Positions 13,784 through 25,907 of a stretch of 64,000 bases of DNA are shown piece by piece; position 1 is the first letter of the stretch; each line of letters begins with the position of its first letter. The notes below the pieces were generated by a model, which was given only the letters and a program-made list of their open reading frames with translations, was not told the DNA's origin and did not search any database. The DNA is from Chrysomallon squamiferum (lineage: Eukaryota; Animalia; Mollusca): contig CM022673.1 in assembly GCA_012295275.1 (NCBI GenBank), positions 15,190,001 through 15,254,000 on the forward strand, in the 5' to 3' direction. The translations under genes and the position numbers were made by a program.

Positions 13784-13952
13784 CTCGTTACGATCCGATA
13801 TGCTGGACACTCCCTTGTGTCCTGCAATCGTGGCGAGAATCCATTCTTTTCCCTACCCAAAACTCTTTTCTGCGACGGACACGCCCGCTGACCTGTCAGA
13901 AAGCGTGCCCGTCGCAGACGTGCTTCACAACAGCTTGCTCTGATTAGCACGT
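13784..13952 (+). other. Conserved three-hairpin RNA structure at the LINE 3' end
   Basis: Stems CTCGTTACGAT/ATCGTGGCGAG enclosing GGACAC/GTGTCC; TCTGCGACGG/CCGTCGCAGA; ACGTGCT/AGCACGT. Homolog at 1953-2118. Confidence 0.75.
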
Positions 13953-14468
13953 TAATTTTTGTCCATTTCCATTTCCACGATGTTACAACTTTTTCTTTAT
14001 TATTTCTTCATCATCATCTTATTATTATTATTTCTGTTTTCTAGATGACTGGGGCACAGAAAAAACGTGAAGTAAATGTCATTTGCGAGTTACAGTTAAG
14101 GAAAATTCGGCGCCGTTTCGATGCGAAGAAAGTGCACCACTCGGCTCCATACGGAGTCGTCCTAACGACGAGTTCTAAAAAGAGAAATCGGGGGACTAGT
14201 CGGTGGGTAATACAACGTGATTCCATCGGGCGACACTAGTTACAGAAATAAGTGACTGATTAAATTAAATTATTTCAGTCACTCGTTTATTTTCCGTATC
14301 GGTTAACACGAACGCTAACGACCGGATCGTGAAACAGCCAATCGCTTACGACATCTATGCTGGCCACTGAAAACGAGTCAATGATTTAGCGGAAACCAGT
14401 GAAGGAATTTTGGCGGGGAATTGGAGTTTGAAACATTATAAATGTGCTTAAGAATAGAAACATTAAGT

Positions 14469-17045
14469 GGATTTTTAAAAATCGTAGTATTTTAAAAAAG
14501 AACTATAAGAACCCATAAAAGAAACAAAACAATTACACCACAAACAACAATGGCAACCAAACACACGAAAATATACAGCACAGTGACAGATAATTCAGAC
14601 ATGGAAACTGGAGTTCCAAAATGACCCAGGGACAGGAGCCCTAGCTCCGTCGAAAAAAACACAAACAGGAAACAAAAGAAAAAAAGAAAATACAGTCCAA
14701 CACATACATTCGGACACAGAAATAACCGAAGAACAAAAAATTATCAACAGAAATCTACACATTTTGGCAAGGCTAAGGGAAACAGACAGCGAATACGAAA
14801 GCGAACAAAACGCTTGGAAAATTATAAAAAGGAAAAACAAAAACACCCACAGCCGAACCACCATCGCAATACATAAACAAAATCATACAAACATCGACAA
14901 AAAGTTGCGCTACTTAATAGAAGCGCAAATACATATTATGGACAAAACAACAAAAGTAAACAATAATAAAAACGAAAAAGAAATCTACTTCGAAGTAAGA
15001 CACAAAAACACTAAAAACAATCGGTCCGAACATTACAATCTGGGACGAAACATTTGTTGTCAGGATTTTACCAAAAATAATCACTGACACAAAACAAACA
15101 CAGAAAACGCCCACACCACAACTCAGAAAAATACTGCTCACACAACAGCAGTCAAAACAAGTACCAATTACAAAACAACAACAACCTAAACACACAACAA
15201 AACCAAAAGAGACAACAATATACAAATATATTTCTAAAGATTTGGGTTTTTATTACCCGCATGGAAACAAACTAGATTTCTTTGAAATGTTTAACAAAGA
15301 ACTAGTAAATCAAACAAACTCAACACTAGTCGGTGTGGAAATGTGGAGAAAGCCAAATTACTGGACCACAGTGACATTCAACCAAACAACAAAAAATGAT
15401 TAATAGAAATCTGCACATTTTGGAAAGGCTTAGGGAAACCGACAGCGAAGACGAAACCGAACCAAATGCATGGAAAATTATAAAAAGGAAAACAAAACAC
15501 ACCCACAGCCGAACCACCATTGCAGTTCACAATAAAAATTACACAAACATCAACAAACAGTTGCGCTACTTAATAGAAGCGCAAATACACATTATGGACA
15601 AAACGACAAAAGTCAACAAAAATAAAAACGAAAAGGAAATCTACTTTGAAGTAGACACAAAAACACTGAAAACAATCGGGCCCAACATTACAATCTGGGA
15701 CGAAACATTTGTTGTCAGGATTTTACCAAAAATAATCCCTGACACAAAACAAACACAGAAAACACCCACACCACAACCCAGAAAACCACTACTTGCAACA
15801 CCGCAGCCAAAACAAACTCCTATTACCAAACAACAACAACAACAACAACAACAACCCAAACACACAACAAAACCAAAAGAAACAACAATATACAAATATA
15901 TCTCTAAAGATTTGGGTTTTTATTACCCACACGCAAACAAACTAGATTTCTTTGAAATATTTAACAAAGAACTAGTAGAACAAACAAACTCAACTCTAGT
16001 CGGTGTGGAAATGTGGAGAAAGCCAAACTACTGGACCACACTGACATTTAACACAAAATTAATGAACACAACCATCACCATTGATGGCTACAAATACACA
16101 CTGGCAGAAATGAGGCCGCAGTTGCCCAAGTGCGGCCACTGTCAGAAATGGGGGCACATCACAAACCAGTGCACCCACAGACACAACCCGAAACACTTAA
16201 CATGCAGTTTCTGTGGTGGAATCACACTACAAGATGTGCCCAGCAAAAACCAAAGCAACTAACAATTTTGAACACAATAGGAGAGATAACAAAATTTTAC
16301 AAAATGTCAACAAAAAATGTCAGAAAATTGAACAAAAAACCAAAACCAAAAGACAATCCCGACAAGGAGGTCAGGATCGCAGAAATCCACAAAATTATTG
16401 TCTGCCTCCTGATAGAGCTTCAGAACATCAGAACCAATAAAGAAAACACAAATGATGGGACCAATTTGGAGCACACAGTAGCCCAGATAATTGACGACAG
16501 CTTTGGCTTCAAGATCGACACACACGACAAAAGAGTAAAACTACACACAGACAGGAGAAATCCTACAAACACAAAACAGTGAACAAAAAAGAAAAAAAAA
16601 AACAGTAACAACCATTTACAAACTGTTCACGATAAGCACACCAAGAACACAGGCCTGTCCGTTCTTTAATGGAACGCCAAAGGCCTTCACTCAACAGGCC
16701 ACGGAGACGAACTACTACACTTCCTGGCCTCTACTACAAACACACCGGACATAATATGTATTCAAGAAACATGGCTGGGACATTCCAACAAAAACCTTTA
16801 AGGTCCCCGGGTATCAAAGTCATTACGTCAACAGATTTAACAGTACCCGGGGGGGGGTCATGATGACTCTCTTCAAACAAGACATTCCACACACCAAGCT
16901 GAACCAAGGCAAAGTCCACGCCAACATAGAAATACTAAGTATCACAATACACAACAACAATCAAAACATCGACATAATTAACATATACAGGCTACCCACT
17001 CCGCAGCACACAGCATCCAAACCCACGACTTAAACAAAATAATAA
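14469..17045 (+). mobile_element. Decayed LINE of a second subfamily: partially duplicated ORF1 and start of APE, 3'-truncated
   Basis: ORF1 start at 14550 with stops and frameshifts; ORF1 restarts at ~15385 (ORF 15396-16262); APE remnant ~16630-17045. Confidence 0.92.
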
Positions 17046-17059
17046 GAACAGAGTTGGGT

Positions 17060-17940
17060 TTAAATAACTAAAATATATAAAAGACTGACAAATATATTTT
17101 AAAAATACGGAAACATTTTATTTTTTTTTTCAAATGCTTAAAAACTGTACCATATGCAAAACACCTTTTTTTAAACCTGCTTAAAAGCTGCATAGTACAT
17201 AAAATACTTACAGCATTAGTTTTTCACTGATATAAAATATTGTAAAATATATAAAACTCTGAAAAATATATTATAAACATGCTTGAAAGACTTTACAACT
17301 TTGAAACAAATATATTTTATACTGGCATAAAAAGACTAAAATATATTAAACCCTAAAAATAATTTTTTTAACAGGCTTAAAAAACTGTAAAATTCTTAAG
17401 AAACTGAAAAAATTATTTCAAACTGTTTTATAAGCACTGATTTGTTTTTTTAAGTACACCAAATACAGAAAACGATATATATTTATTTAAACTGGCTGGA
17501 AAAACTGAAAAATTTACAAAAACACTGACAAATATATTTTAAACTTAATTAAAAGAATTGTAACATTTTTAAAACACTGTAAAATATATTTCTAACTGGC
17601 TTAACAAAAAACATGTAAATTACATTAAACTGCCTTAAAAAGACTGAAAAATATGTTTTAAATTGTTTGAAGAAAACTGTAAAGTATATAAAAGACTAAG
17701 AAATACACTTCAAGCTGGCTTAAAAAAGATAAAATACATAAAAAAATTTTAAACTCTATTAAAAAGCTGCGAAATATATAAAACTATGAAAAACATATAT
17801 TTTAAAGTGGACTCAAAAGCTCTACAAAATATATAAAACACTAAAAGATATATATTTCAACTGGATTAAAAACTGTAAAATATATAAAACACTAAAAAAA
17901 AATTATATAAAGCTCGCTTAAAAACACTGAAAAATGTTTT
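17060..17940. repeat. Degenerate AT-rich minisatellite (~45-50-bp unit); duplicate at ~28510-29390
   Basis: Recurrent aaaaactgtaaaatatataaaacactgaaaaatatattttaaactggctt-like units. Confidence 0.75.
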
Positions 17941-17950
17941 GATTTCCCGC

Positions 17951-18015
17951 TGATCTGATCCGATCCGAGCCGAGCTGATCCGATCCGAGCCGAGCCGTGC
18001 CGACCCAATCCGAGC
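17951..18015. repeat. GC-rich pentamer array (CCGAT/CCGAG); duplicate at 29403-29467
   Basis: tgatctgatccgatccgagccgagctgatccgatccgagccgagccgtgccgacccaatccgagc. Confidence 0.85.
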
Positions 18016-18382
18016 ATCTGTCTGTTTATAAAATATTCAAGCCTATAAATATAAATATGAAGTGTTTCAAAAATCGTGTTTCTTCTTAGTTGAACTAATG
18101 ATGTAAGATGTGATTTGTAATTCACTGAATATTAGATGACCGTTTTCGTAAAACCTTATTGGGAATAAACTGTATGTCGTGAAAAATTTGTGTTGTTTTA
18201 TAAATTCATTTTTTTTTTCAGCCACATTTAATATATATATATTTATATATATATATTGTTTTCAGTCACTGTAGCCAGTATAGTACATTAAGGATTATTT
18301 TTCAGCTGAAAATTTGTTTAGTTATTTTACGTTATGGAAATGCATATTGCCATATACATCTCGCCTACTTCTTAAACACATT

Positions 18383-18420
<38 letters not shown>

Positions 18421-20426
18421 AAACAAAACAAAAACCCACACACACAGAAAAAGAAATCGCAGCACACATACAGAAATACAAACATACTGAAAAACTATTT
18501 TTTAACGTAGACTATTTAGTGTTAAAATAGAAAATACTTCAAATAAACAATATCACGTGAAATAGCGCTCCAGTGGAATTTCCCAGTACAAGATAAACTT
18601 ACGTTATAGCGATCAGTCAACAGTTTGTAAGTGAACTAGGCTTAAGGTATAAATACGGCCGTCCTGCGTTAACAAACCGCTACCAATATAATTAGTATAT
18701 ATGAGAGTTAGTATGAAAACAAAATACACTATAATTATATAATATTTTGTTTAGCTTTACGCCTTATTGTTCAGAGTAAAATACTTTACAACAATTCAAA
18801 AACTTTTACAACACGTATACGAATTTGGAAAATGAACTATGTAGAAAATTCACTAATGATGAAAACCTACACAGTTATAACACACTTTAGAAATATTCTA
18901 CTAAAACAAATTATTTTATTTTATTGTTAACATCTGATGAAAGTTTCAACAGATAACTTTTTTCAGTGGTAGTTCTAGATATAGCCAGACGGAAATGCGC
19001 ATACAATAGACAATTAAAACATAGCTATAAATTCATCGTATATATTATTCTGTTACTTTTGGTTATACATTTGGCAAATATATTATATTCTAAGAAAATG
19101 CAGGTAGAAGAAGTATTATATTAAATGACGCTCATACACACAGAAACAGTCGCGCATGCATACACGCAGTATTTAGACAGATTATCTAATTCAACAGGCT
19201 GACAATTCCCATTTAATTTTTGGTGATCTCGGACAATGGGATTTCATCCCTGTACTCAGTCTTGCAGTAACTGTTTTAACCTCTGAGTTGGTTGGTGACA
19301 CTTCTCCGGAGTCACGCCTCGGCATGATGAATGATGTAGTTCTACGTCAAGCTCTGTCTCTGTCCTGGAGCGACAACTTGTCAAGACGAAGGGAAACGAC
19401 TTTATTTACAGACTTCAGCCATCTAAATCGTTCACCACAACAGTTGAAGCATTCTGTGGGAGAAAAGCAATTCACACAACTCTTAAGGTAAAGTAAAATT
19501 AAGTTTTAGTTTTGTTTGATTGAGAAAAATTTGGGAGTTTATTACACATTTAAGTAGTTCACCAGAGCCTTCGTAATCAAGCGTTCTGTGGAAGAAAAGA
19601 AGCGGTTATCAATATGAAGTAATATTATAGTTTTAGCCTTGTTTAACTTGCGAATGATTTAGAAGTTTATTAGACATCTTGATCTTTCACTATAAAATCT
19701 CACTACGAAGATTGTTAAAATTATAGTTGTGTTTAAATGATGAAAAATGTTTAGATTTTTTGCCAGTCTTCTTAGTCGTACTTCATAAAAATTTAGTCCA
19801 TGCAATGCAAACGAAAATAGAAGTGATTCCTGAGATTGCTAAAGTAATATATAATGCACAGATTTTTGTTTAAGAGGTGAATTGTTTTGAGATTAGTTAG
19901 TCATCGTAATACTTCACTGTAATGTTCTGTGTGGTATATTTCAGGTCCCAGCATTTTGTGGGAAAAGAAAATTGACCATAGTTGTTAATATTACGTCAAA
20001 GGTATTCGTTTTGTTTTATTGCAAATAATGTATGATTTTCTAAAAGAAGATTTTTTTGTTTCAGTAGTTGTAAGTGGAAAGGTGTTTGTACAATTTTAAA
20101 GATGATGTAAAACATGCAGTTTCGTCTTTTTTTATATGACCTGTAATGTAATATTTTGATATTCGGATAATTTTAATGCAGGACGAACAGTTTAGGTTAA
20201 AGAATCGCTTTTTGGAATGTGTTTTTCAAGGATTATTTAACAAAAAAAATTCCTATATCAATAAACGGCGAAAATAATTAGTAATGATTTCTAATAATAA
20301 ATATCTGGAAAATGAATGTAAAAGAATTGTTGAAGTAACAAAGAATGGATAGTTTTATTTTTGTTTATATATGTTAAAAAATCGGAAGTTACAGAATAGT
20401 AAAAAGAACAATGGTTTCAGAAGAAT

Positions 20427-20518
<92 letters not shown>

Positions 20519-21109
20519 GAAATAAAACAAAATAATATGTACTTAAATAAATAAATAAATTAATAATCATAATTTAAAAAAATGTAAACAAAAAGACAAA
20601 GAAAATAGTAAAGCAAACCAAAACAAAACAGATAACTCTCCCCACAAAAAATAAAATAAAAATAAAAAAATAAAAAATAATTAAATTAAATTAAATTAAA
20701 TTAAATTAAGTATTATAAATTAAGCGGTAAGTATTTAAAAACATAAATTAAAAATAGAAAGAAAGAAAAAAAATTCCGTTTCCCAAAATAATAAAATGAA
20801 TTTTTAAAACCTTTTTTGTTTTGTTTTACATTCATGCTTTACTAATACGTGACACCTTTAAAGTCAAAGATGTCACCAAAGTCATAAATTACAAGTTGCA
20901 ACTAGTTGTATGAGTTTAACGTATGGAATGTTACAATGTATTTCTTGCTAAATATCTTATTTAGAAACGTTTGCAAGAAAAGAAAAGATTTTTGTTTTCA
21001 GATTAATGGTTTTGAATTAAACTATATTTATGTAATATATGTTTACATATAACTGTTTATTTGCTTAATGATTACATAAGATAATTATATATCTGGTTAA
21101 TATTTACGA

Positions 21110-21309
21110 NNNNNNNNNNNNNNNNNNNNNNNNNNNNNNNNNNNNNNNNNNNNNNNNNNNNNNNNNNNNNNNNNNNNNNNNNNNNNNNNNNNNNNNNNNN
21201 NNNNNNNNNNNNNNNNNNNNNNNNNNNNNNNNNNNNNNNNNNNNNNNNNNNNNNNNNNNNNNNNNNNNNNNNNNNNNNNNNNNNNNNNNNNNNNNNNNNN
21301 NNNNNNNNN
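21110..21309. other. Assembly gap (200 N)
   Basis: Run of N. Confidence 1.
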
Positions 21310-24300
21310 AACAAACGAAATCGGACACAGAAATAACAGAAGAACAAAAATCATAAATAGAAATCTGCACATTTTGGAAAGGCTACGGGAAACCGACAGC
21401 GAAGACGAAAGCGAGCCAAACGCGTGGAAAATAATCAAAAAAAAAACAAAACACACCCACAGCCGAACCACCATCGCAGTTCACAAAAAAAACTACACAA
21501 ACATCGACAAACAGTTGCGCTATCTAATAGAAGCGCAAATTCACATCGTGGACAAAACGACAAAAGTCAACAAAAATAATAACGGGAAAGAAATCTACTT
21601 CGAAGTAGATACAAAAACACTTAAAACAATTGGTCCCAACATCACAATCTGGGACGAAACATTTGTTATCAGGGTTTTAGCCAAACTAATCCCCGATACC
21701 AAACAACCACAGAAAACACCCATACCACAACCCAGAAAAACACTACTGGCAACACCGCAGACAAAACAAACGCCTACTACCAAACAGCAACAACAACAAC
21801 CTAAACACACAACAAAATCAAAAGAAACAACATACAAATATATCTCCAAAGATTTGGGTTTTTATTACCCACACGCTAACAAACTAGATTTCTTTGAAAT
21901 ATTCAACAAAGAGCTGGTAGAACAAACAAAATCAACTCTAGTCGGTGTGGAAATGTGGAGAAAACTAAACTACTGGACCACACTGACATTCAACACAAAA
22001 TTAATAAACACAACCATCACCATCGATGGATACAAGTACACACTGGCAGAAATGAGGCCGCAGTTGCCCAAGTGCGGCTACTGTCAGAAATGGGGGCACA
22101 TCACAAACCAGTGCTCCCACAGAAACAACCAGAAACATTTAACATGTGGAAATCACCACAGAAACTCAGGCCAATGCCGGTCTCTGGCAAAATGCGCAAA
22201 TTGCCAGGGACCACACGAATCGCACTACAAGGAAAAAAACCCCACAGAATTAACACTCTCGGCAAAAGCAACATCGCATTCACTGACAAGCAAAAAGCGG
22301 ACCTACTCAGCCAAACCTTCGCCAAGTCCAGCAGCAATTCGAACTTCCCACTGAAGTTCGCAAAGAAACAACTGGACAACCAAGCAATCGGCGAACAGTC
22401 CGCAGACACAGAAAACAGAACATATAATCAACTATTTAACATCAGTGAATTAAAATATGCACTCAAAAACAAGAAAAGTACAGCCACGGGGCCAGATAAA
22501 ATAAGTTACACAATATTACAACATCTACCAGACGAAACCCTACTGGTTATACTCGAACTTTACAACACAATATGGACCACCGGCAAGATTCCAACAAACT
22601 GGAAACACGCCGAATGTTTCAGCTTGCCCAAACCACACAAAGATCACTCACTACCCAACAGCTACAGGCCGATCACGCTGAAGTCACATATGTGTAAAAC
22701 TTTCGAAACAATGATCAACACACGCCTAAACCAGCATTTAAACGACAACAATTTAATCAGCAAATTTCAAAGCGGCTTCAGGAAGAAACACAGCACTAAC
22801 GACCAGATCACACGCCTGCATACATCAATTAATCAATCTTTTTCGAAAATCAAAAAAGTTATAGCAGTATTTTTAGACATAGAAAAAGCATTCGACATGG
22901 TATGGAGGGAAGGACTGTTAATTAAATTAATAAATAACAACATTAAAGGCAACATGTTCAACTTCATCAAAGACTTTATCAACAACAGATCCATAGCAGT
23001 CAAAGTAAACGGTCACACCTCAGAGAAAACGACAATCGAAAACGGCATCCCCCAAGGATCCGTGATCTCGCCCACACTCTTCAACATCTACATCAACGAC
23101 ATCGTCACAGCACTCGACCGACAAGACAACGACAGAAATCCGCCAAAGGAGCCGATAAACACAGCACTCTTTGCAGACGACTGCGCCTTTTGGCGGGCAG
23201 GAAGATCGACCGCAGCAATACAGAAACAAATACAAAAAGACTTAAACAACATAAACGATTGGGCGTTGAAATGGGGCATAAAGATTTCTCTCTCGAAAAC
23301 GACGTGCCTCCTTTTCAACAAGAAATCAGACAACAGTAAGATCACTCTCAACATCGACAACAACTTCATAACACAAACAAAGACATTCGACAGTCAACTC
23401 AACTTCCGATGCCACATATATAACATAATTGCCTCCTGCAAAAAAACAATCAATCTTCTCAAGTTAATTTCTGGAACCAGTTGGGGAGCAAACGAGTCAA
23501 CGCTGATTTTGATACACAAAGCGTGTATTCTCTCCAAGCTCGACTACGGAGCCACGGCTTACTCGAATGCTCCCAAACTTTATTTTTAAAAACTAGATAT
23601 AATCCAATCAAGTGCCCTCAGGGTGATCGGCCACCTGCCAAACTCAACACCATCCGACAGCCTCCTGTCGGAATACAGCATTCAACCATTAAAATACAGA
23701 AGAAAACTGCAGCTACTAAAATACAACCTGAAAATACACACACTCAACACAGACCACCCGGTCAAGGATCTGGTCCCCGACGAACAAAGGATAGGACAAC
23801 TCTTCAAATCGCATAGTCTACTACTATCGAATTTCCCGACAACAGCTAGCGAAATCGAAAGGGAAACAGGAATAGGTGAAATGCCACTGCCGGCATACCA
23901 CAAAGAAAGAAAACCGACAATCAACACACCTTTCCTGATAAAAAGAGAAACTGACAAAACAGAGATCCAACCATTCAAAAAAATCATTTTTTTGGCAGCA
24001 GCAAACGACCACTACAAACAACACACGCACATCTACACTGACGGATCCAAAAACCCAGACAACGGGAGAGTAGGATTCGCCTTCATAGCTCAAAATCACA
24101 CAAACAAACCCACATGCATACAATTCGGCCGTATCAGAAATCACCTTTCGGTATACACGGCCGAGTTGGTAGCCATCATCAGAGCCATGCTGTGGGTTAA
24201 ACACAACAACAACAAACACACAGTCATTTTCTCGGACAGTCTAAGTTCCGTGATCTCGATACAAACCGGAAGTTCAAGCAGACCAGACCTGCTCAGCAAA

Positions 24301-25250
24301 ATACAACAACTACACGAAGAAATACAACACAACAATAAAGAAGTAACCATCGAGTGGCTCCCAGCACACGTCGGCATCCTCGGCAACGAACTTGCCGACC
24401 ATTACGCCAAAGAGTCACTCACCATTAAAGACGAAGACATCTGCACAGACATACATTACGGTATAAACGAAATAGTCTCCATCGCTGCCAAACATTACGA
24501 CAAACAATGGCAGAACGAATGGAACAACACGAAAAACAAATGGCACTTAAACATCAAACCACTCGCCAAAACACCCAAGATCACACTCGCCAACAAACTA
24601 CACAACAACAACCTCACCAAAGTCAGAATTGGTTACTCAAACAACTTAAACGCAATTCTATACAAAGATAATATCATCACATCACCCAACTGCAGTTGCG
24701 GACTCTCAGAAACCATGAAACACTACTTGTTTCACTGTCCAAACTTTGCCAAGGAAAGACAAGCACTACGCAATACATTGGAGGAACTAAAAATCGAGTT
24801 CACGCTCCAACACATCCTGGCACCAAACGTGGAAGACAGAGAGTTAGTCCTCGCTGCAGTAACAAATTACATTCTCAAAGCAAAACACAAACTATAAATT
24901 TTTTTTTTTTTTTTTTTTCACACGAAAACAAACAACAATTATATAAATGTATTGACCTGCGGATTGATTGGTTGAACAGCTGATGGATCTACGGATGGAT
25001 CGGCTGATTGACGAATCAATTTAAATGGCCAATTAATCTAATAATTAAAAAATGATAAACATACTATACGAACCCACTTTCAGACATTACTAACCCGGTT
25101 ATGGTGTCTTATTCCATTTTTTTTTTTTTTTTTTTTTATAATTTAATTAATTATTTTTTTTTTTTTTTTTTTTTTCTTAGTCCTAGCTTCACATCTTTTA
25201 AATTAAAATAAAATGTAAATATGTTAACTACATTTATGTTCTTATTTGTT
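21310..25250 (+). mobile_element. Internally deleted version of the 7208-13978 LINE
   Basis: ORF1 joined to RT at 22228-22231 (1583 bp missing); RT within ORF 21955-23589; RNase H/CCHC ORF 23623-24897; terminal 3' UTR and TSD deleted. Confidence 0.94.
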
Positions 25251-25907
25251 CTTATTTTCTAGATGACTGGGGCACAGAAAAAACGTGAAGTAAATGTCAT
25301 TTGCGAGTTACAGTTCAGGTGTAACAAACGTAAACAGTGAATTTCATTCTAACTAACATCTTCACTCCATGTGGACCGTGCATAACTGAAATAAATGCAG
25401 AAAAAGAAATATAGAAGACAATATAAAAAGATAAAAATCATTCCACATGTGAAAAATACAAAATAGTCAAAAATGAAGCGTACAACCCAATGCTTATGTG
25501 AAACATGAATATTGGTAACGATTGGATGGCAGTCTGAAAGGAAAATTCGGCGCCGTTTCGATGCGAAGAAAGTGCACCACTCGGCTCCATACGGACTCGT
25601 CCTAACGACGAGTTCTAAAAAGAGAAATCGGGGGACTAGTCGGTGGGTAATACAACGTGATTCCATCGGGCGACACTAGTTACAGAAATAAGTGACTGAT
25701 TAAATTAAATTATTTCAGTCACTCGTTTATTTTCCGTATCGGTTAACACGAACGCTAACGACCGGATCGTGAAACAGCCAATCGCTTACGACATCTATGC
25801 TGGCCACTGAAAACGAGTCAATGATTTAGCGGAAACCAGTGAAGGAATTTTGGCGGGGAATTGGAGTTTGAAACATTATAAATGTGCTTAAGAATAGAAA
25901 CATTAAG

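Larger units (their letters stand above)
7208..13978 (+). mobile_element. Full-length I-group (I/Nimb-like) non-LTR retrotransposon, ~6.8 kb, with 11-bp TSD
   Basis: GATGTTACAAC at 7197-7207 and 13979-13989, single copy in the uninterrupted left arm; starts CATT; ORF1 plus ORF2 (APE-RT-RNase H-CCHC); ends in short CCATTT repeats. Confidence 0.96.
5526..14468. repeat. Right arm of the inverted repeat (5526-7207 and 13990-14468), split by the LINE insertion
   Basis: gtaaaggatacttgtg at 5526 mirrors cacaagtatcctttac ending 5096; the match resumes after the LINE and ends at cattaagt 14468, mirroring acttaatg 2675; spacer 5097-5525. Confidence 0.93.

Noticed and set aside
13886-13905. CTGACCTGTCAGAAA resembles a hammerhead ribozyme core
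   Set aside because: Lacks CUGANGA and the required stem arrangement; better explained as a small hairpin.
13476-13950. Possible ORF3 in the LINE 3' UTR (also 1750-2001)
   Set aside because: Frames and stops are not conserved between copies; conservation is explained by RNA structure.
17060-18015. Periodic repeats as a CRISPR-like array
   Set aside because: Eukaryotic context, degenerate units, no unique spacers and no cas genes.
19288-19491. 67-aa ORF duplicated at 30743
   Set aside because: Non-ATG start, no motifs, and identity is due to the duplication.
21955-23589. 544-aa ORF as a novel ORF1-RT fusion
   Set aside because: The N-terminal part is an off-frame reading of ORF1 joined by a deletion; APE and the KFLG motif are missing.
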